NCBI GenBank assembly: GCA_046597055.1
Contig: JBKJLC010000068.1
Coordinates: 1-48,251 of the forward strand
Direction of reading: 5' to 3'
Length of the DNA: 48,251 nucleotides
DNA from: Kofleriaceae bacterium
GTDB lineage: Bacteria > Myxococcota_A > Polyangia > Haliangiales > Haliangiaceae
The notes below the pieces were generated by a model. The model was not told the origin of the DNA. It searched no databases and worked only from the letters and a program-made list of their open reading frames with translations. Position numbers and translations under genes: made by a program. This document shows positions 11,403-20,590 of the stretch, in pieces. Numbering within the stretch: the first letter of the stretch is position 1; every line of letters begins with the position of its first letter.

Positions 11403-14096
11403 GTGAAGCTCGCGTCGGTCGCCGTCCTCCTCCTCGCCGTCGCGTGCGGCCGCACGTCGCCACGCTCGGCGCCCCCGGCGGCGCCGCCTCCGCCGACGCC
11501 GCGGGCCAGCGGCGCCGCCATGCCTGCCCCGGTCGAGGCGCCGCCCACGCTGCGGCTGCCGCGGCGGGTCGAGCCGGTCGCGCACCGCGCCACCCTGCGG
11601 GTCGACCCCGCGGCCACCACCTTCACCGGCGCGATGGAGATCGACGTCAAGATCGTGACGCCGGCGCCCGTGATCTGGCTGCACGGCTATCAGCTGCAGG
11701 TCGAGGCGGCGACCGCCGAGCGCGGCGGTGACAGCGTCGCGCTGACGGTCACCCCCCATGGCGAGGACCTCCTCGCGCTCCACGCCGCGACCCCGCTCGA
11801 AGGCGCGTGGACGCTGAAGCTGCGCTATCGCGGCGCGGTCGAGCCGACCGGGACGACCGGCCTGTTCCACCAGCAGGAGGGCGATGCCTGGTACGCGTAC
11901 ACCCAGCTCGAGGCGACCTACGCACGCCGGGTGTTCCCGACCCTCGACGAGCCCGATCGCAAGACGCCGTGGACGCTGACGCTCGAGGTGCCGGCGGCGC
12001 TGACCGCGCTCGCCAACACGCGCCCGGTCGACGAGCAGCCGGCCGACGCGGGCTGGAAGCGGGTGCGCTTCGCGCCGACTCGTCCGCTGCCGTCCTACCT
12101 GATCGCGTTCGCGGTCGGTCCGTTCGAGATCGCCGACGCCGGCAAGAGCCGCTCCGGCGTGCCGATCCGGATCGTCGCCACCAAGGGCAAGCTGAGCCAC
12201 ACCGCCATCACCGCGGAAGTCGTGCCGCAGGCGCTCGCGCTGCTCGAGGACTACTTCGACCAGCCCTACCCGTACGACAAGCTCGACTTCGTCCCGATCC
12301 CGGTCACTGTCGGTTTCGGGGCCATGGAGAACCCGGGCCTGGTGACCGTCGTGAGCCGGTCGATGCTGTTCGATCCCGCCAAGCCAACGCCGAACGACCG
12401 GCGCGGGATCGCGTCGCTGGCCGCCCACGAGCTGGCTCACCAGTGGTTCGGCAACAGCCTGACGATGGCGTGGTGGGACGACATCTGGCTCAACGAAGGC
12501 CTGGCGACCTGGATGGAGGACCGGATCGTCCACGCGATCGCCCCGCGGCCCGACGACGCCTTCAGCATCGCCGACGCCCATGGCCAGGCGCTGTGGGCCG
12601 ACAGCCTCGCCACCGCGCGCGCGGTGCGCCAGCCGATCGCCGCCGCCGGTGACATCGAGAACGTCTTCGACGGCGTGAGCTACGCCAAGGCCGGCGCGGT
12701 GCTCGCGATGTACGAGCGCTGGATCGGCGCCGACGCGTTCCAGCGCGGCATCCGCGCGTACGTGAAGCAGCACGCCGATGGCGTGGTCACCACCGCTGAC
12801 TTCCTGGCGGCGATCGGGGCCGCTGCCGGACGCGACGTGTCGGGCCTGTCGAGCTACCTCGACCAAGCCGGCGCGCCGCACCTGCGGGTGGACCTGCGCT
12901 GCGAGGCCGGCCAGCCGCCGACCTTGACCTTGAGGCAAGCGCGCTACCTGCCACCGGGTGCCGCCACGCCCGCGGTCGCGAGCACGCCGTGGACGATCCC
13001 GCTGTGCGTCGCCCACGATCGCGACGGCGCCCGCGGCGAGACCTGCGGCCTGGTCCGGGAGGCCACCTCCGAGCTCGCCCTCGACGCCAAGACCTGTCCG
13101 CGCTGGGTCGTGCCCAACGCCGGCGGCCTCGGTCACTACCGCCTGTCGATGACGCCCGCGCTGGTCGCGCAGGCGACCGGCTACGGCTGGTCGCGGATGT
13201 CGCCGGTCGAGCGGGTCGTCCTCGCCGGGGAGATCGCGACCATGATCCAGGCCGGCGAGCTCGACGTGGCGCTCGGGATGGCGCTGGTACCGCCCTTGAT
13301 GCGGGATGGCAGCCGGGCTGCCGTTGGCATGGCGGCCGCCCTCGCCTGGGTCCGGAACCTGGTGCCCGACGCCCGGATGGCGACCTACGATCGCTGGCTG
13401 GCCCGGACGTTCGGCCCCACGGCGCGCAAGCTTGGCTGGCAGCGCAAGCCGGGCGAGGCGCTCGACGTGGCGAGCCGTCGCGCCACCCTGGTCCCGCTGG
13501 TGGCCGCCGCCGGCGACCGCGCGATGGTGCGCGACGCGATCAAGCTGGCGCGCGGGTGGCGCAGCCTGCCGCGCGACACCCGCGGGCTGGTCCTGCGCAC
13601 CGCGGTCCGCGCCGACGGGGCCACCTACGACCGCATCCTCGCGGACGCGCGCGCCGAGCAGGATCGCGACACCCGTGAGGACCTGTACAGCGCGCTGTCA
13701 TCGACCCGGGATCCCGCGCGCGTCACGCAGACCCTGCACCTGCTGCTCGACGACAGGGTCGACGTCCGCGAGGTGATGTACCTGCCGTACGGCTTCTGGC
13801 GCGCGCCCGAGCGCGAGCTGGCGGAGCGCTTCGTCCGCGACCACCTCGACACCCTGCTCGCCCGGTTCCCCAAGGACGCGACCACCGGCGGCGGCGCGGT
13901 CTTCGCTTCGCTGTTCACCGGCGCCTGCGAGCCGGCCCGCCGTGACGAGCTGGCCGCGTTCGTGACCACCCGGTTCGCGTCGCTCCCCGGCGGCGCGCGC
14001 ATCGTGGCGCAGGCGATCGAGAGCATGGATCAATGCATCGCGTGGAAGGCGCAGGTCGGCCCGCAGGTCGAGCGCTGGCTCGCCACCCTGCGCTGA
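11403..14096 (+). CDS. M1-family zinc aminopeptidase lipoprotein with ERAP1-like C-terminal domain
   Basis: LLLAVAC lipobox; TQLEATYARRVFPTLDEP, GAMEN, HELAH-x18-E (WLNEG), SYAKAG. Start is 11400 or 11403. Confidence 0.93.
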   Translation: MKLASVAVLLLAVACGRTSPRSAPPAAPPPPTPRASGAAMPAPVEAPPTLRLPRRVEPVAHRATLRVDPAATTFTGAMEIDVKIVTPAPVIWLHGYQLQVEAATAERGGDSVALTVTPHGEDLLALHAATPLEGAWTLKLRYRGAVEPTGTTGLFHQQEGDAWYAYTQLEATYARRVFPTLDEPDRKTPWTLTLEVPAALTALANTRPVDEQPADAGWKRVRFAPTRPLPSYLIAFAVGPFEIADAGKSRSGVPIRIVATKGKLSHTAITAEVVPQALALLEDYFDQPYPYDKLDFVPIPVTVGFGAMENPGLVTVVSRSMLFDPAKPTPNDRRGIASLAAHELAHQWFGNSLTMAWWDDIWLNEGLATWMEDRIVHAIAPRPDDAFSIADAHGQALWADSLATARAVRQPIAAAGDIENVFDGVSYAKAGAVLAMYERWIGADAFQRGIRAYVKQHADGVVTTADFLAAIGAAAGRDVSGLSSYLDQAGAPHLRVDLRCEAGQPPTLTLRQARYLPPGAATPAVASTPWTIPLCVAHDRDGARGETCGLVREATSELALDAKTCPRWVVPNAGGLGHYRLSMTPALVAQATGYGWSRMSPVERVVLAGEIATMIQAGELDVALGMALVPPLMRDGSRAAVGMAAALAWVRNLVPDARMATYDRWLARTFGPTARKLGWQRKPGEALDVASRRATLVPLVAAAGDRAMVRDAIKLARGWRSLPRDTRGLVLRTAVRADGATYDRILADARAEQDRDTREDLYSALSSTRDPARVTQTLHLLLDDRVDVREVMYLPYGFWRAPERELAERFVRDHLDTLLARFPKDATTGGGAVFASLFTGACEPARRDELAAFVTTRFASLPGGARIVAQAIESMDQCIAWKAQVGPQVERWLATLR

Positions 14097-14226
14097 CCGA
14101 CGGAACGCGCGGCGAAATCTGCGCATCGTGGTGACGAGCGGACACCGGCAAGATCGGGGACCGCGGGCGCTGCAGGCAGTTGGCCACGGCGGAGCCGGCG
14201 GCACGCGACGTGCTCTGGGTCCGCGG

Positions 14227-14571
14227 ATGTCACGCTCGCGGTCAGCCGTCCTCCTCGTGGCCTCGGTCCTCGCCAGCGGGTGCGGTGCCCGTGGCGCGGA
14301 TCGCCCGGCGACCAACGTCCTCAATGGCGCCCTCATCGGCGGCGGCAGCTTGATGACCGTCGCGGGCGTGGCCCTGCTCTCACTGGACGAGCCCCACGGC
14401 GACGACGGGATCTCCCAGTCGCCCCTCTACGCGCTGGCTCCGCTCGGGATCGCCTTGGCCATCGCCGGCAGTGCCGGCTTCTTCCAGAGCTACGCGGACG
14501 ACGAGCCGGCGGCGCCACCCCCGCCGCTGGCCGAGGCCGCACCCCCCCGTGGGCACCGGCGTCGAGCGTGA
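14227..14571 (+). CDS. Small hypothetical membrane lipoprotein (114 aa)
   Basis: MSRSRSAVLLVASVLASGC lipobox-like start and two hydrophobic segments. Confidence 0.55.
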   Translation: MSRSRSAVLLVASVLASGCGARGADRPATNVLNGALIGGGSLMTVAGVALLSLDEPHGDDGISQSPLYALAPLGIALAIAGSAGFFQSYADDEPAAPPPPLAEAAPPRGHRRRA

Positions 14572-14618
14572 GGCATCGCCAGCCCGGGGCGTGTCGGCCC
14601 ACGTGACCAGCATCGATA

Positions 14619-17600
14619 CTACCGAGGCGACACCCGCTGCGCCCACGCCTTCACCCCGGCCCAGCGGGCGTGCCATCGGCCGCCCGCGATCCGCTGCAGG
14701 GTCCGGTGGGCGTCATCCTTGCGGCCAAGGGCCAGCTCGGTCTGGGCCTGGCGCTGGAGCCAGGTCGGGTTGGTAGCGTCGACCGCAAAGGCGCGGCGCC
14801 ACAGGCCGAGCGCACGCTCGAGCTGGCCGGTGCGCTCGAGCGACTCGGCGGCGACCTGGAACGACGCACCGTCGCGCGGGTTCAGATCGATCGGCGTCGA
14901 CAGATAGCGCCAGGCCTCGTCGTCGCGGCCGACCGCGCCGAGCAGCTCGCCGAGCAGCCGCTCGCGGGCCGGATACTCGGGGTCCATCGCCCGCCAGGCG
15001 CGGCCCACCGCCAGGGCGCGCTCGACCGCCGCGTCGCGCTGGACGCCGACCGCGGTGCGCGCGAGCTGGCCGTGCAGCCCGATCAGGTGCGTGTGATCGA
15101 CGCGCAGCTGCGAGAGCGCCACCGGGCGGTCGACCTCGGCGGCCAGGGCCTGGTGGAGCAGGTCGGCGGCGGGGCCAGCCTCGCCGCTCCGCTCGGCGAG
15201 CCCGCTGGCCAGCCGCAGCAGCGCGGGCTCGCGCGGATAACGGTGCCGCGCCAGCGCGAGGATCGAGCGCGCGCGGTCGAGCCGGTTCCAGGTGGTGGCA
15301 GCCGCGATCACCTCCGCCAGCTGCGCGGCATCGGCGGCCAGGGCGCTGGCCCGCTCGAGCGCGAGGTCGAGATCGGCGTCGGGGCTCAAGGCCGCCGCCG
15401 CGGCGAACGCCATCACGTGCTCGAGATCGCCGGCGCCGAGCACCCGCTGCTTCCAGGCCGCCATCGCGAGCTGCCAGCCGACCGGGCCGCGCGCGCTCTG
15501 CTCGACGGTGTACTTCGCGTCGTGGTGGATGACCGGCGGCGGCGCGTCGAGGTCGACGTCGGTGAGCAACGCGACCCAGCGGTCGGCGGCGTCCTCGCGG
15601 GCCCCGGTCGCGGAGGTGCCTTGGGCCATGCGCGCCGCCTCCTGGCGGATCCGGTTGCGCCACGGCCCGACCGCGACGGTGTCGAGCACGTCGACCGCGC
15701 GCGGATCGCGCCACGCGTGCTGCTGGGCGATCCGGCTGGCGGCGATCACGCGCAGGTCGTCGGCGCCCGGGTGGCGCACGACGAAGCGGTCGAACGCGGC
15801 CCGGGTCGCCCGCAGATCGCCCCGCTCGTTGAGGGCCAGCACCTCGCGGAAGCGCGCCAGGGTCGCCACCAGGCCGCCGGTGCGATCGGCGACCGCGCCG
15901 AACCCGTCGGGCCGCGGCCGCGCGCGGAACCCGACGCTCGCGCGCTGGTAGTCGGCGACCGGACCCACGGCGGCGCCGATCGCCGCGGTGGCGTCGGTGG
16001 GCGTCATCCACGGCAGGCTGGCGCCGATCAACCCGAGCTCGGCCGGGTGCAGCGGGCCGCGCGCCGCGAGCGCGCGGACGCTGGCGGCAACAAGGCTCGG
16101 GTTGCCCTGCGCCAGCCACGACGCGATCAGCTGGTGGTGCGCGTACGCCCACGCCGGATCGCCGGCGGTCAGGGTCGCGAGCGCGGCCTGCCAGTGGGTC
16201 GGCGCCCGCAGCGGCAGCGCGATCACCACCGGCAGCGTCGCGGCGACCGGCACCGTCGCGGCCGGGTCGGCCTGGTAGCCGATGGTGGTGGCGCGCCCGC
16301 CGAGGGTCAGCTCGAAGCCGGCACCGGCGCGGCGTGCGGTCAGGACCGTGGTGGTGCCGGCGGCCGCGAGCCGGCGGATCGCGACGATCACGCCGTCGGC
16401 GCCGAGCTCGAGCTCGAGCGGGTCGCCGACCCCGGCCGGGACCAGCCGGAGTGTCCGAGGTCCGGACAGCGTGACCTGGTAGAAGCGCGCCAGCTGCTCG
16501 GGGCGCGGCGGCAGGATCGGCAGCAGCGCGGCCAGCAGCGCGGGTTCGTGATCGCCGACGGCGCGGGTGGTCTCGACGCCCAGCTCGGGATACCGATGGC
16601 GCAGCGTGACCCCGTCGTAGACCTGCTCCTGGACCAGCCCGGTGGCGAGGGTCTCGCGCTGGATGAAGTGGCCGTCGCGGTCGACCGTCAGCTCGGCGTC
16701 GGCGCGCCACCGCCAGCGCCCGGGCGCGACCCGCGTTCGCGCTTCAGCCAGCATGCGCCGGGCGTCGTCGGTGATCGAGCCGGTCGCGCCAGCCGCGCCG
16801 GCGACGAGCTGGTCGGCGAGCTCGTCGAACCGCGTGCGCATGAGCCCCGGCATCCACTCGGTGAGATCGTCGAGGCGCCAGTCGCCCGCGTACTGGAACG
16901 CGATCGGGCTGAGCCCCGACCACGCCGGCTGCCGCGACCAGCCCCCAGCCCCCTCGAGCAGCCCGCCACCGAGCTGCGGGTCGAAGGTCGGGCGCCGCGA
17001 CGCGAGTCTGCCGCGCAGGTCGACGCGCTCGCGCCGGAGCAGCCGGGGCTGGTCGCGATCGGCGAACCCGGCCCGACCGCGAGCGAGCTTGTCCTCGAGC
17101 TTCATGCCGAGGTCGGCACCGGCACCGGGATCGGCCGACGGGGTGGCCGGGGCGCGGGTCGCCACGGCGCCAGACGCGGTCGCCGCTGGCTCCTTCTCCG
17201 GTTGCGCCTCGCTGGCGGCCTTGCCCGCCTCGGGGCCGCGGCCGCCGCCACCGACCCCGTAGCCGGCACCGGTACCGCTGCCGAGCGTGCCGAGCGTGCC
17301 ACGCGCCGCGACGAAGCCGCCGGCTTGCTGCTGGGCCAGCATCGCCTGCGGGTCGTACCGCCACGGCACCGGCGTGCGCCACACCGGGCCCTGATCGATC
17401 ACCGGCGGCGCGACCGGGCCGGCCGCGAGGGTCGCCGGCGTCGCGTACGGTGCCCAGGTCACGCCCGCGCCGCGGGCGACGCCGTACTGCGCGTACATCG
17501 CGTCGTTCTCGAGCACGATCAGCGACGTGTGCGCCGACAGCAGGAAGTGCGCCTTGCCCAGCGCGACCATCTCGGCCTTGCGCGCATGGTAGGCGGCGAT

Positions 17601-19931
17601 CGCGCGCTGGTCGTCGCTCGGGCACGGCGTGGTCGTGCACGGCGCCAGCGCCCGGTCCCCGGCGGTGACCAGCGCGTCGAGGCGGCGCTCGGCCCACATC
17701 CGCGGCAGGTAGCCGGCGTCCCCGGCGGCCCGGCGGGTGTCCGCGATCCGGACCGTCTGCGACCACGGCCGGCCGCCGACCTGGCCGCGCAGCGTGACCG
17801 CGTCGACCGCGGCCCGCGCCGGCACCCGGGCGATCAGCTCGATGTCGTCACCGGCCGCGACCTGACCGTCGCGCAGGTAGGTCGTCACCTCGCCGTCGGC
17901 GAGCGCGGCGCCGGGCCCGACCGTGGTGGTCAGCGTGGCCGCCAACCCGGTGACCCGCGGCGTGTACAGCGACGCGACCAGGTCGAGCGCGCGCCAGGCC
18001 AGGTCGTCGCCCAGATCGAGATGCACGGCAGCACCACCGGTCGCGTCGGCCAGCGCCGACAGCGTCGGCAGGTCGACGCCATCGCCCACCCCGACGCCGA
18101 TGAACGTCGCCCGGCTGCCACCCGCGGCGCCACCGCCGGTGACCGCGTCGCGGAGCTGGTCGATCGTCCGCCGCTCGCCGGTGGCGGCGCCGTCGCCGAC
18201 GTACACGATGTACCCGGGCTGCCCGTCGAGCAGCCGGACCGCGCCGTCGAGGGCCGTGACCAGATCGGTCTCGCCGAGCCCACCATCCTCGGTGAGGTGA
18301 CGGTGCAGCGCCTTGCGGTCGATCGCCTGGGCGTCCTGCCAGGTCCCGAACCGGCGGTGGGTGGCGTCGAACGCGATCGCGAGGACCTGGTCGGTCTCGT
18401 CGATCTGCTGGATCAGCTGGTCGACGAAGTCGGCCTGGGCCCGCCGCTCGGTCACGCCGCGCGACGCGCTGGTGTCGCCGAGGATCACCCACCGGTGCGG
18501 GCGCTGGGCGGCCGGCACCACCGCGGCCGGGTCGACCTCGGGCCGGACCCGCACCAGCAGATACTGCTGGGCGTCGCGGATCGTGGTCGCGACCGAGACC
18601 GCCGGGGCGCCCGGCTTGCGCAGGCGCAGGACCAGCGAGTCGCCGAGCCGCGCGCCCTGGCTGCGGTGGCTGACGAGCACGTCGGTGCCATTGCGCTGCA
18701 CGTCGATGCGGTGCGACGGCGAGCTCAGCTCGCAGCCGTCACAGCCGACGATCTTCACCTGCATCGCGACCTCGGCCACCGGCGCCTCCAGATCGGGGAG
18801 CGGCACGGTGAGCGTGAGGTCGTCGTAGGTCCGCGCGAGTGGCTGGGTGTACGCGAGGATCACGCGCCGCTCCTGGCGCGGGAACAGCGGGAAGATCCGC
18901 ATCGACACCCGGGACGCCCCCATCTGCTCGAGCAACGCCGGATCGCGGCGCTGGTAGACGATGTCCTCGTAGATGCGCCGGGCCCGCATGCGCTCGACCA
19001 CCGCCGACTCGGTCAGCCGGCCGTCGACGTACATCGCCAGCCGCGCCACCGCGGCATCGGGCGGCAGCGCGAACTTGTAGACGCCCTCGAGGGTCTGGTC
19101 CTGCGGGTTGTGGAAGGTCTGGTCGAGCGCGACCCGCGCGATCTGGTTCTCCAGGTGGACGTCGATCGTCAGCGCGCGCAGCGGCAGCGGCCACTCGCGC
19201 TCGGGCCACTGCGGATCGCGGGCGACCAGCACCCCTGACCGGGCCGGGCCACGGTCGGCGTGCTCGTCCTTGCGGCGGCGCTGGGCCACCCAGCTCACCA
19301 GGTGCGACAGCCGCGGCGCCGGGCCGCGGGTCGGCGCGGTCGTCTTCGTCATCGTGCCCTGCTCGCCGGCGGCCACGACCGCCTCGGCCCCGGCCGAGCG
19401 CATCGCGACCCGGCCCCGCAGCACCGCGGCGGTCGTCCGGTCGGCGGACGCCTCGATCAGGAAGCGGGTGCCGAGCACCGCGACCTCGCCGTGCGCGGTC
19501 TCGACCGTGAAGACGCCCTGCCCGGGGACCACGTCGAGCAGCACCTGGCCGCGGATCCGGACCTGCCGCGGGCCGATCACCTCGACCGCGCCGCCGGCGC
19601 CGAGCTCGGCGGTGGTGCCATCGGCCAGGGTCGCGTGGTCGGGCCGGGCGCCGGGCTCGGTCGCGACCGCCGGTACCGAACCCGGATCGACGCCGCGCAG
19701 GTTGGCGATCACCAGCGCGCCGGCGGCCGCCGCGATCAGCCCCCAACCGGCGATCGCGACCGGCGAATGCTCGCGACGGCGGCGGCCGTGGCGCGCGATC
19801 AGCCCGGCGCGGATCCGCGCGCGCGCCTCGGGCCGCATCGCCGATGGCTCGGACTCGGCCAGCAGCGTCTTCAGGTTGCCTTCGAGGATCTCGCCGTCGC
19901 GATCGGGATCGGGAGCCAGGGGGGTGGTCAT
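14619..19931 (-). CDS. Putative giant anti-sigma factor: cytoplasmic N-terminus, TM, FecR domain, VIT, vWA, LolA-like segment and TPRs (1770 aa)
   Basis: TM about aa 58-78; FecR-like FTVETAHGEVAVLGTRF; VIT (ARVALDQTFHNPQDQTLEGVYKFALPPDAAV...ARRIYEDIV...DPALLEQ); vWA MIDAS DTSAS...T...VGDG; C-terminal TPR-like helices. ATGA overlap with the upstream ECF gene. Confidence 0.85.
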   Translation of the reverse strand: MTTPLAPDPDRDGEILEGNLKTLLAESEPSAMRPEARARIRAGLIARHGRRRREHSPVAIAGWGLIAAAAGALVIANLRGVDPGSVPAVATEPGARPDHATLADGTTAELGAGGAVEVIGPRQVRIRGQVLLDVVPGQGVFTVETAHGEVAVLGTRFLIEASADRTTAAVLRGRVAMRSAGAEAVVAAGEQGTMTKTTAPTRGPAPRLSHLVSWVAQRRRKDEHADRGPARSGVLVARDPQWPEREWPLPLRALTIDVHLENQIARVALDQTFHNPQDQTLEGVYKFALPPDAAVARLAMYVDGRLTESAVVERMRARRIYEDIVYQRRDPALLEQMGASRVSMRIFPLFPRQERRVILAYTQPLARTYDDLTLTVPLPDLEAPVAEVAMQVKIVGCDGCELSSPSHRIDVQRNGTDVLVSHRSQGARLGDSLVLRLRKPGAPAVSVATTIRDAQQYLLVRVRPEVDPAAVVPAAQRPHRWVILGDTSASRGVTERRAQADFVDQLIQQIDETDQVLAIAFDATHRRFGTWQDAQAIDRKALHRHLTEDGGLGETDLVTALDGAVRLLDGQPGYIVYVGDGAATGERRTIDQLRDAVTGGGAAGGSRATFIGVGVGDGVDLPTLSALADATGGAAVHLDLGDDLAWRALDLVASLYTPRVTGLAATLTTTVGPGAALADGEVTTYLRDGQVAAGDDIELIARVPARAAVDAVTLRGQVGGRPWSQTVRIADTRRAAGDAGYLPRMWAERRLDALVTAGDRALAPCTTTPCPSDDQRAIAAYHARKAEMVALGKAHFLLSAHTSLIVLENDAMYAQYGVARGAGVTWAPYATPATLAAGPVAPPVIDQGPVWRTPVPWRYDPQAMLAQQQAGGFVAARGTLGTLGSGTGAGYGVGGGGRGPEAGKAASEAQPEKEPAATASGAVATRAPATPSADPGAGADLGMKLEDKLARGRAGFADRDQPRLLRRERVDLRGRLASRRPTFDPQLGGGLLEGAGGWSRQPAWSGLSPIAFQYAGDWRLDDLTEWMPGLMRTRFDELADQLVAGAAGATGSITDDARRMLAEARTRVAPGRWRWRADAELTVDRDGHFIQRETLATGLVQEQVYDGVTLRHRYPELGVETTRAVGDHEPALLAALLPILPPRPEQLARFYQVTLSGPRTLRLVPAGVGDPLELELGADGVIVAIRRLAAAGTTTVLTARRAGAGFELTLGGRATTIGYQADPAATVPVAATLPVVIALPLRAPTHWQAALATLTAGDPAWAYAHHQLIASWLAQGNPSLVAASVRALAARGPLHPAELGLIGASLPWMTPTDATAAIGAAVGPVADYQRASVGFRARPRPDGFGAVADRTGGLVATLARFREVLALNERGDLRATRAAFDRFVVRHPGADDLRVIAASRIAQQHAWRDPRAVDVLDTVAVGPWRNRIRQEAARMAQGTSATGAREDAADRWVALLTDVDLDAPPPVIHHDAKYTVEQSARGPVGWQLAMAAWKQRVLGAGDLEHVMAFAAAAALSPDADLDLALERASALAADAAQLAEVIAAATTWNRLDRARSILALARHRYPREPALLRLASGLAERSGEAGPAADLLHQALAAEVDRPVALSQLRVDHTHLIGLHGQLARTAVGVQRDAAVERALAVGRAWRAMDPEYPARERLLGELLGAVGRDDEAWRYLSTPIDLNPRDGASFQVAAESLERTGQLERALGLWRRAFAVDATNPTWLQRQAQTELALGRKDDAHRTLQRIAGGRWHARWAGVKAWAQRVSPR

Positions 19932-20563
19932 GACGGCACCTCCTCGAGCGCGTGGCCGAGGGTGGAGAAGGTTTCCTTGAAAGCGCGGCGGGCGCGGGCG
20001 AGGAGCGACTTGGCGGCGTCGACCGACAGGCCGAGCTCCGACGCCAGATCCTCGAGGCTGCGCTCGTCGACGTACTTGCGCGCGAGCGCGAGCCGGTACT
20101 GTTCGGGTAGGTGCGCGATGGTCAGGTTGACCAGGTCGCGGGTCTCGGCCCGCGCCAGCACCTCGCCCGGCAGCGGCGCGCGCTCGAGGGCGTCGTAGAG
20201 CTGGGTGAGCGAGGCGTCGATCCGATCCCAGCGCTCGGCGACCGCGTCGGTACGGTGGTGGGCGCGCAGGTGGTCGCGGATCACGTTGCGCGACAGGGTG
20301 GTCAACCAGGTGCCGACCGAGCCGCGGGCCCGGTCGTAGCTGCCGAGCTGCGTCATGGCCCGGGCGAACGTGTCCTGGACGATGTCCTCGGCCAGCTCCT
20401 GGTCGCGCCCGACCCGATAGAAGACGAAGGCATACAGGCCATCGACGTGGGTGTCATAGAAGCGCCCGAGGGCGTCGGGGTCGCCCCGGCCGGCCGCCGC
20501 CAGCTCCGCCGCTGGCCCGCTGCGGAACAGGCGTGATAACAGGCTCGCCAGGGGTAGGCTCAT
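19928..20563 (-). CDS. ECF-family RNA polymerase sigma factor (211 aa)
   Basis: Region 2 (LYAFVFYRVGRDQELAEDIVQDTF...TWLTTLSRNVIRD) and region 4 (LPEQYR...SLEDLASELGLSVDAAKSLLARARR); GAGGAG SD. Confidence 0.95.
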   Translation of the reverse strand: MSLPLASLLSRLFRSGPAAELAAAGRGDPDALGRFYDTHVDGLYAFVFYRVGRDQELAEDIVQDTFARAMTQLGSYDRARGSVGTWLTTLSRNVIRDHLRAHHRTDAVAERWDRIDASLTQLYDALERAPLPGEVLARAETRDLVNLTIAHLPEQYRLALARKYVDERSLEDLASELGLSVDAAKSLLARARRAFKETFSTLGHALEEVPS

Positions 20564-20590
20564 TGGGCTCCTCGAATCAGCCGCGTTGCC

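Noticed and set aside
11250..13136. N-terminal 629-aa extension of the GH8 ORF (9918-13136)
   Set aside because: It overlaps the M1 aminopeptidase on the other strand. The real start at 11249 has an SD and a lipoprotein signal.
14670..19238. 1522-aa plus-strand ORF (and similar long shadows at 9150-11237, 24293-26581, 26828-28861, 34075-36222)
   Set aside because: Each is antisense to a motif-rich real gene and has low-complexity R/G/A/D composition.
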